Shown here: in pieces, positions 40,162-45,793 of the stretch
How the letters are laid out: the number at the start of each line of letters is the position of its first letter
How positions within the stretch are numbered: position 1 is the first letter of the stretch
Notes under the pieces: generated by a model
The model's input: the letters and a program-made list of their open reading frames with translations, nothing else
What the model was told of the DNA's origin: nothing
Databases searched by the model: none
Translations under genes and position numbers: made by a program
Assembly: GCA_963733195.1 (NCBI GenBank)
Contig: CAVTCR010000027.1
Location: forward strand, 1 to 45,793
From: an uncultured delta proteobacterium
Lineage (GTDB): Bacteria; Desulfobacterota; Binatia; Bin18
Reading direction: 5' to 3'
DNA: 45,793 bases

Positions 40162-40750
40162 TTAGTGAAATGGCGTCACCAGCATGGCGGCCACGAAGGG
40201 ATCATCCACACTATTGGGGGTGATGATCTCAAAGAGATCCAGGAAGCCGACCATCTCTAAGACATTGCGAATCTCACGAGGAACGTCGAACAGGCGCAGG
40301 TGACTGTCATGCGCAGCCAGATGCTTTTGCCCGGCCAACAGCGCCGCCAAGCCGGGTGAACTTAAGAACGTGACCTCAGTCATAACAAGATCAACATCAA
40401 CAAAGGCTCGCTGTAGTTCGCGCCGGAGCGCCGGGGCCGTGTTCGTGTCAATCCTGCCCTTCGCAATCAGTGAGGTCCGCTCCCACTCAAGGGTCAAACC
40501 AGAAGGGACGTCAGCCACCGGTCCACTCGGTAATTGCCGGGTTCGTTCCCGTATCTCCGCAACCTGGGGCCCGGGCAGCACGGCCACGATTTTGTTGTCT
40601 GAATTCTCGTGAACCTTCACCTCAATATCCGCAGGAACTTCAATGCCTTCCTCGGCCAATGCTTTTCGGGGGGTCTGCCAAGAGACGTGCACGATAGGCA
40701 GCATCCGTACAGGCCCGTACGATCGCTAGTTTCACTGGGTTCGCTTTCAT
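40162..40750 (-). CDS. NHLP leader-like domain fused to a STAS (anti-sigma antagonist) domain; one frameshift in a G6 run near 40670
   Basis: AAGGAGGAG RBS; MKANPVKLAIVRACTDAAYRARLLAD|PRKALAEEGIEVPADIEVKVHENSDNKIVAVLP, then KGRIDTNTAPALRREL...VTFLSSPGLAALL...IRNVLEMVGFLDLFEII. Confidence 0.82.
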
Positions 40751-40761
40751 TGTGCTCCTCC

Positions 40762-41031
40762 TTACGCTTCACTCGCCTCTACTAGAGGAGGTAGTACAAG
40801 GTGAATGACTTTATCAGTGTTTTCGACAATCTCCACCTCAAGACCCGCAGGCAAAGTGATGCCAGCTTCGGCCAAGACCTGCTTGGGAGCCTGCAAAAGG
40901 CGTTGACGCAGAGCGGGATCCTCTGTTGCTTTTTGCACGAGCTGACCGAAGGAGCCCCGCGTTTCCATGACCAGCAAGTAATCGCGAAAGAATCGGCGTA
41001 CAGAACCAAGAAAGGATGCAGATCCCGCCAT
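40762..41031 (-). CDS. Stand-alone NHLP (nitrile hydratase alpha-like leader) domain protein without a core peptide
   Basis: QLVQKATEDPALRQRLLQAPKQVLAEAGITLPAGLEVEIVENTDKVIHLVLPP, with the stop 7 residues later. Confidence 0.85.
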   Translation of the reverse strand: MAGSASFLGSVRRFFRDYLLVMETRGSFGQLVQKATEDPALRQRLLQAPKQVLAEAGITLPAGLEVEIVENTDKVIHLVLPPLVEASEA

Positions 41032-41278
41032 ATAGATGAAGTCCCCTTTCCAAATCTCTAAGGATAGGCAACATACAGCGCAGCTTCCCCTGAGGTCAAT
41101 GCGTGGGCTCTCCGTCACCACAGAAGATCTCACAGGTAGTTGCACACCACGTCTCTGAAGGAGATTATATGGCATCGTCGCTTTGGGGAGGATCCTCTAG
41201 GCGAGAATTGGAGCCCGTCACCACGAGGATTTGAGAGAGGCGGAACATGCTCTTGCGTGAGGAGAGCGAGGTAACGTT

Positions 41279-43013
41279 ATGCCTGAGACAATGCCAACGA
41301 TTGATATCGAACGTGAGATTCGTAATCTCAATGCGATTTTGGAAGTGTCCAAGGCTATGTCCAGCGAGATCCAACTGGATAATCTGCTGCAAGTCATCGT
41401 GCAGAAAACTGTAGAAATTATGGAGGCAGACCTCGCCAGCCTCTTCTTGTACGATGAAGGGCACAACGAATTGTGGAGTAAGATTGCCCACAAGCTCGGA
41501 CAACTACAGGAAATTCGTTTCTCAGTGGGGGTGGGTATTGCCGGAGATGTGGCCAAGACTCGTCAGGCAGCGAATATTGCCGATGCCTATACTGACCCGA
41601 GATTCAATTCGGACTTCGACAAACAGACAGGGTATCAGACGCGCTCTATTCTTTGTCTGCCCATGATGAGTAGCAAGGGTAAGCTGGTCGGCGTTATCCA
41701 GGTTCTGAACAAGAAAGACAGAGGAGTCTTTGATGAGCGAGACGAGTCGCTTTTGGCGGCGTTGGCTGCTCACGCCGCAGTAGCGCTGGAACGGGCACAG
41801 CTTACCGAAGTCTACGTCGAGAAGCAGCGAATGGACGAGGCACTCAAGTCTCGCACGCGAGATCCAGATGGGTATGTTACCCAAACGATTTCCCCCTTTC
41901 CCGCATCAATCGGAGATCGACCTCTACGCCGCCATCGAACCCGCGCGGGAGGTAGGAGGAGACTTCTACGATTTTATGCTCATTGATGACGACCATCTCG
42001 GTTTCGCCATCGGCGATGTTTCCGGTAAGGGTGTCCCGGCATCGTTGTTTATGTCGGTGACGAAAACTTTGCTCAGGGTCACGGCCGGCAAGCGAGGCCG
42101 TCCTGATGCTGTTCTTGCCGAGCTGAATAATGAACTCTGTCGTGACAACGATACTGGCATGTTTGTCACCATTTTTTACGGAATTCTGCGCCTGCGCACT
42201 GGAGAATTGGAGTACAGTAGCGGCGGTCATAACCTCCCTTATGTCCTCTTTCAAAATGGCGCGGTGGAAGCTCTCGAACAGACGGGGGGAATGGCACTGG
42301 GCGTACTTGAGGGTATTACGTACGGAGCAAAGAAAGTCACATTGCTGCCAAGAGAGGAGCTCTTCCTATACACCGACGGGGTGACAGAGGCGATGGATAG
42401 TGCCGGCAACCTCTTCTCGGACCACCGTTTGCGAGAGTTTTTACAACGAGAACACAAGTTGTCACCGACCGAGCTGATTAAACAGCGTCGTGAGTGAAGT
42501 GAGGCGTTTTTCTTGCGGCGTCGAGCAGAGTGATGATATTACCGCCCTAGCCATACACTACCTGAGCGATGACAATCACGACGAGACCACTATGAGTAAG
42601 CCAATGTCGATTCGCTTCAAGAACAATCTATCGGAGGTTGAGCGATTAGGTCAGGTGGTGGCAGAATTCGCAGAACTATACCATTTGCCTCCAAACCTGG
42701 GCTTCGATATCTATATGGCTCTGGAAGAGAGCCTGACGAACGTGATTTCCTACGGATACGACGATTCGGATGAGCACGAAATTATGATTCGTCTATCCTG
42801 CCAGGGGGAAGAAGTAACAGCAGTGGTTGAGGACGACGGCCGGCCATTTAATCCGTTGGAGGCGGCAGCGCCGGATACGAGCAAACCGCTTGAGGAAAGG
42901 CCAGTGGGAGGTTTGGGGATTCATTTGCTGCGGAAGTTAATGGACGATGTGGAATACAAAAGACAGAGGAGAGAAATCTCCTGGCGATGAAAAAGAGAAT
43001 CTCATTGACCTGA
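41279..43013 (+). CDS. GAF-SpoIIE/PP2C phosphatase-HATPase_c (RsbW-like kinase) fusion; frameshifts near 41848, 42480 and 42965
   Basis: GAF: NIADAYTDPRFN..D..TGYQTRSILC.P...GVIQVLNK. PP2C: EVGGDFYD, IGDVSGKG, LYTDGVTEA, QSDDIT. In the same frame as QSDDIT: EESLTNVISYG, VEDDGRPFNP, GGLGIHL. Confidence 0.85.
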
Positions 43014-43048
43014 AGTCACTTAAGTGAAGAATACATAAGGAATCGACT

Positions 43049-43168
43049 ATAGACATTACAGAAGAAAACGTGGAGAGGTTATGTTTCTCGGGATCAAAAG
43101 GGAGGCTGGACACGAGTACGGCAAGCAGGTTGGAGGAGAACTCCTGGCGTCGATAGATGGAAAGGTAC
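43049..43168 (+). pseudogene. Truncated STAS (RsbV/SpoIIAA-like) remnant
   Basis: TAAGGA RBS, ATA at the expected start, DITEE...KGRLDTSTASRLEE; similarity ends before the phospho-Ser motif. Confidence 0.7.
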
Positions 43169-43487
43169 CCATCGCCACACAATAGAGAGGCTCAGGAAGC
43201 TGAACACCGAGTATAATCTTTACTTACTGAACTACGGAAGCGAAGCGGACCCTCAATCCGTGGTGCCACGAGAGCGCAGGACATTCGGCGGCGCAATAGT
43301 GCGAGACGCGCTCCGGCACCTATAGCGATTTTCATTTGCGCGAGGCCTCTGAGTGAAATCCGCAGTAGATCCTTCTTTCTCAGCTCGATTCCTGCGCCGA
43401 CCCCTAAGATTTACTTCAACGGAGACAGCTAGTATAACCTGGCGGTCGGGTAGTAGGAGGCAATTTCCTAGGGGGATCGAGCCGGTA

Positions 43488-45793
43488 ATGTGGTTCGCCA
43501 TCAAACGCTTATCTTTGGGCATTTTCCTTATCGCATTGACTTCTAGCATACTGCTGGGTTGGGGGATTGGCATCTCGGCGTAAGACCCGATGCTCTCCTT
43601 GGGCCGAATTCCCCAAGCGGCTGTTCTCATCTATTCGTCTCAGCAAGTATTTATTGGATGGCGCCCAGGGCATGGTAGAAGGGCTCGCGGCAAGTGGGTT
43701 CATCGACGGGCAATCAATCGTCTTGAAACAATACAACGCCAAGGGGGACCTGGCGACGGTCAACACGATCGCCAGGCAGGTCACCAACGGGCAATTTGAC
43801 CTGGTACTGACGATGAGCACCCCGGCCACGCAGGCCGTAGCCAATGCGAACAAGGCCGGCAAAGTCACACACGTCTTTGGCGTCGTCGCCGACCCGTTTA
43901 GCGCAGGGGTTGGTATTAACCGTGAGGACCCACTGGATCACCCGAAACACCTGGTAGGGATCGGTACGCTGCTGCCTGTAGCGAACTCTTTCCAACTCGC
44001 GAGAGAATTCTTTCCCGGCCTCAAATCGGTTGGTGTGGTGTGGAATCGGGGAATCCAATTCGCGGGTCTTCACGGAACAGGCGCGCGAGGCGGCCAAAAA
44101 GCTAGGCATTGACTTGTTAGAGGCGACCGCCGACAACTCGTCGGCGGTGGTCGAAGTGGCCAGTTCCGTAATCTCACGTGCGGGCCCAAGCCTTGTGGGT
44201 CGGGGGTGATAACACTGTCCTGCTGGCGCTCCACTCGGTCATCGCGACGGCGAAAAAGGCGCGCATCCCGGTTTTTACTATCACTCCGGGCGACTCCGGC
44301 AACGCGGCACGCTTTTCGATCAGGGGGCCAATTTCATGAAATAGGGAGGCAGACGGGGGAGTTGGCGGCGCAGATCTTGCGCGGCACCGACCCCCGACCG
44401 TCCCGGTCAGGAACGTCGTGCCGGAGAAGTTGGTGATCAAGAAGCCGGCGCTCAGCGGGTTGGCAGACCCTTGGCGTCTGCCCGAGGAGGTCTCCGCGCG
44501 CGCGGATATATTCGTTGACGAAGCGGGAGTTCATGAAAAGGCAGTCGCAGCGACACAGCAACCGTCGGCCGGACGTGTGTTCAAAGTTGGTGTAGTCTAT
44601 TTCGCACCCGAGCCCGGGGCGGAATCCTGCATGCAAGGGTTGTCCGACGGGTTACGGGATCTGGGGTTCGTGGAAGGTAAGAACCTCGAGGTCCGCAAAG
44701 CGCACGCCCAGGGAGAGATTGTCAAGATTTCCCGCCTGCGCCCTGCAGAGCTACGACAACCAGGACCTGGACGGTGACTTCGCGGCTCAATGACGACGCC
44801 ATGCTGACGGCGGCTTGCAGTACAGTGAAGAAAACGCCGGTGGTGTTCACCTACGTGTACGACCCGGTCGCCGCCGGGGCGGGCACGGTTCTTCCACGGA
44901 TCACCTCCCGAACGTCACGGGCGTCGGCTCGTTTCCTCCGGTCGGTGAGACGATTGACGTGATTCAGCGGCTCATCCCCGGCGTACGGTCGGTGGGAACC
45001 CTGTACAACAACGCGGAAGCGAACTCGCGAAAAGTGGTGAGCGTGGCCCGTGGGTTGTTCCGCCAGCGCAACATCACGCTCGAAGAAGTGGCGGTCACCA
45101 ATACGAGCGAAGTCTTCCAGGCGGCGCAGGCGCTCACACAAAAAAACATCCAGGCAGTGTGGATCTCGGGAGACAACACCGCCCTCCAGGCGTTTCCGGG
45201 TATTGTCAAGGCGGCCACCGACGCCCGCTTGCCCTTAATCAACAACGATCCCAAGTTCGTCGAGCAAGGGGCGCTGGTCAGCGTCGGCATCGGCTGGTAC
45301 CAGACTGGCTACGCCGCCGCCAAGGTGGTGGCACGAGTGTTACGCGGGGAAAGTCCGCAGGCCATACCTTTTGAGAATGTCGCCGTCCGGGATACGGAGT
45401 TGAATCAAAGAGATGGCCGGAAAACTCGGCGTCACATTCCCACCGGAACTGGTTAAGGAAGCAGAAGCGACCGCTAAGCCGCAGGCAAGATGCGGCAGGC
45501 CACGACCCCGCTCGCCAAGAAACGGAACGTGAACCTCGTCGAGTTTAACAATGTGTTAGATGTGGAAGAGGCGGAACACGGCGTACTGACAGGGCTCCGT
45601 GAGTCCGGCCTCGTCGAGGGCCGCTACTACGAGGTCAAGATCCGTAACGCCCAGGGCGACATGGGAACGGTGAACAGCCTGATCGACGCCGCGGTCGGAG
45701 GGCGGGGCTGACCTTTTGATTACCTTGTCTACCCCTACCCTGCAGGCAGCGCTGCAATACAGCGGGCACCAACCCTACCCATCGTCTTCACCT
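43488..45793 (+). CDS. Membrane-anchored protein with tandem ABC_sub_bind-type substrate-binding domains (frameshifted; runs off the window)
   Basis: MWFAIKRLSLGIFLIALTSSILL, then three repeats of G...GL...G...G.......NA.GD/HAQGE...STP (near 43670, 44630 and 45580). Confidence 0.8.

Noticed and set aside
40162-41031. Proteusin/NHLP RiPP biosynthetic cluster or a nitrile hydratase alpha subunit
   Set aside because: No double-Gly motif or core peptide; no YcaO, rSAM, LanM or C39 transporter in the window; no CxxCSC metal-binding motif.

Overview
Bacterial accessory region, probably from a soil or sediment deltaproteobacterium such as Ca. Binatia (inferred from gene-family content only). Long stretches carry dense single-base frameshifts that look like long-read assembly error, so several genes below are reconstructed across frames. 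Left to right: (1) a reconstructed ~1,950-aa CHAT protease-class III cyclase-STAND ATPase-TPR-TolB_N-TPR fusion; (2) a clean metabolic block (Cys-less thiolase, SDR, ABM, AKR, ilvD, AraC); (3) a PIN toxin-antitoxin integron-type cassette between two attC-like sites, with no integrase in the window; (4) a second cyclase-ATPase-TPR gene and gene remnants; (5) a Tat-exported PaoABC-like molybdo-hydroxylase with a coupled small Cys-rich protein and relics of a second copy; (6) an LLM/amidohydrolase/cupin/AKR/DUF2255 cluster; (7) an operon joining an IorAB-like molybdo-hydroxylase to an atypical Sox module (SoxY ending AACIDE, SoxZ, cytochrome c, FccB, fused SoxXA; no SoxB/CD); (8) a sigma-54 promoter with a small ORF and a ferritin-like gene; (9) a partner-switching locus in which a core-less NHLP leader-like protein and an NHLP-STAS fusion face a GAF-PP2C-HATPase fusion; (10) a multi-domain ABC substrate-binding protein. 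No rRNA, tRNA or CRISPR array was seen. The best candidates for undescribed systems are (7), (9) and (1).
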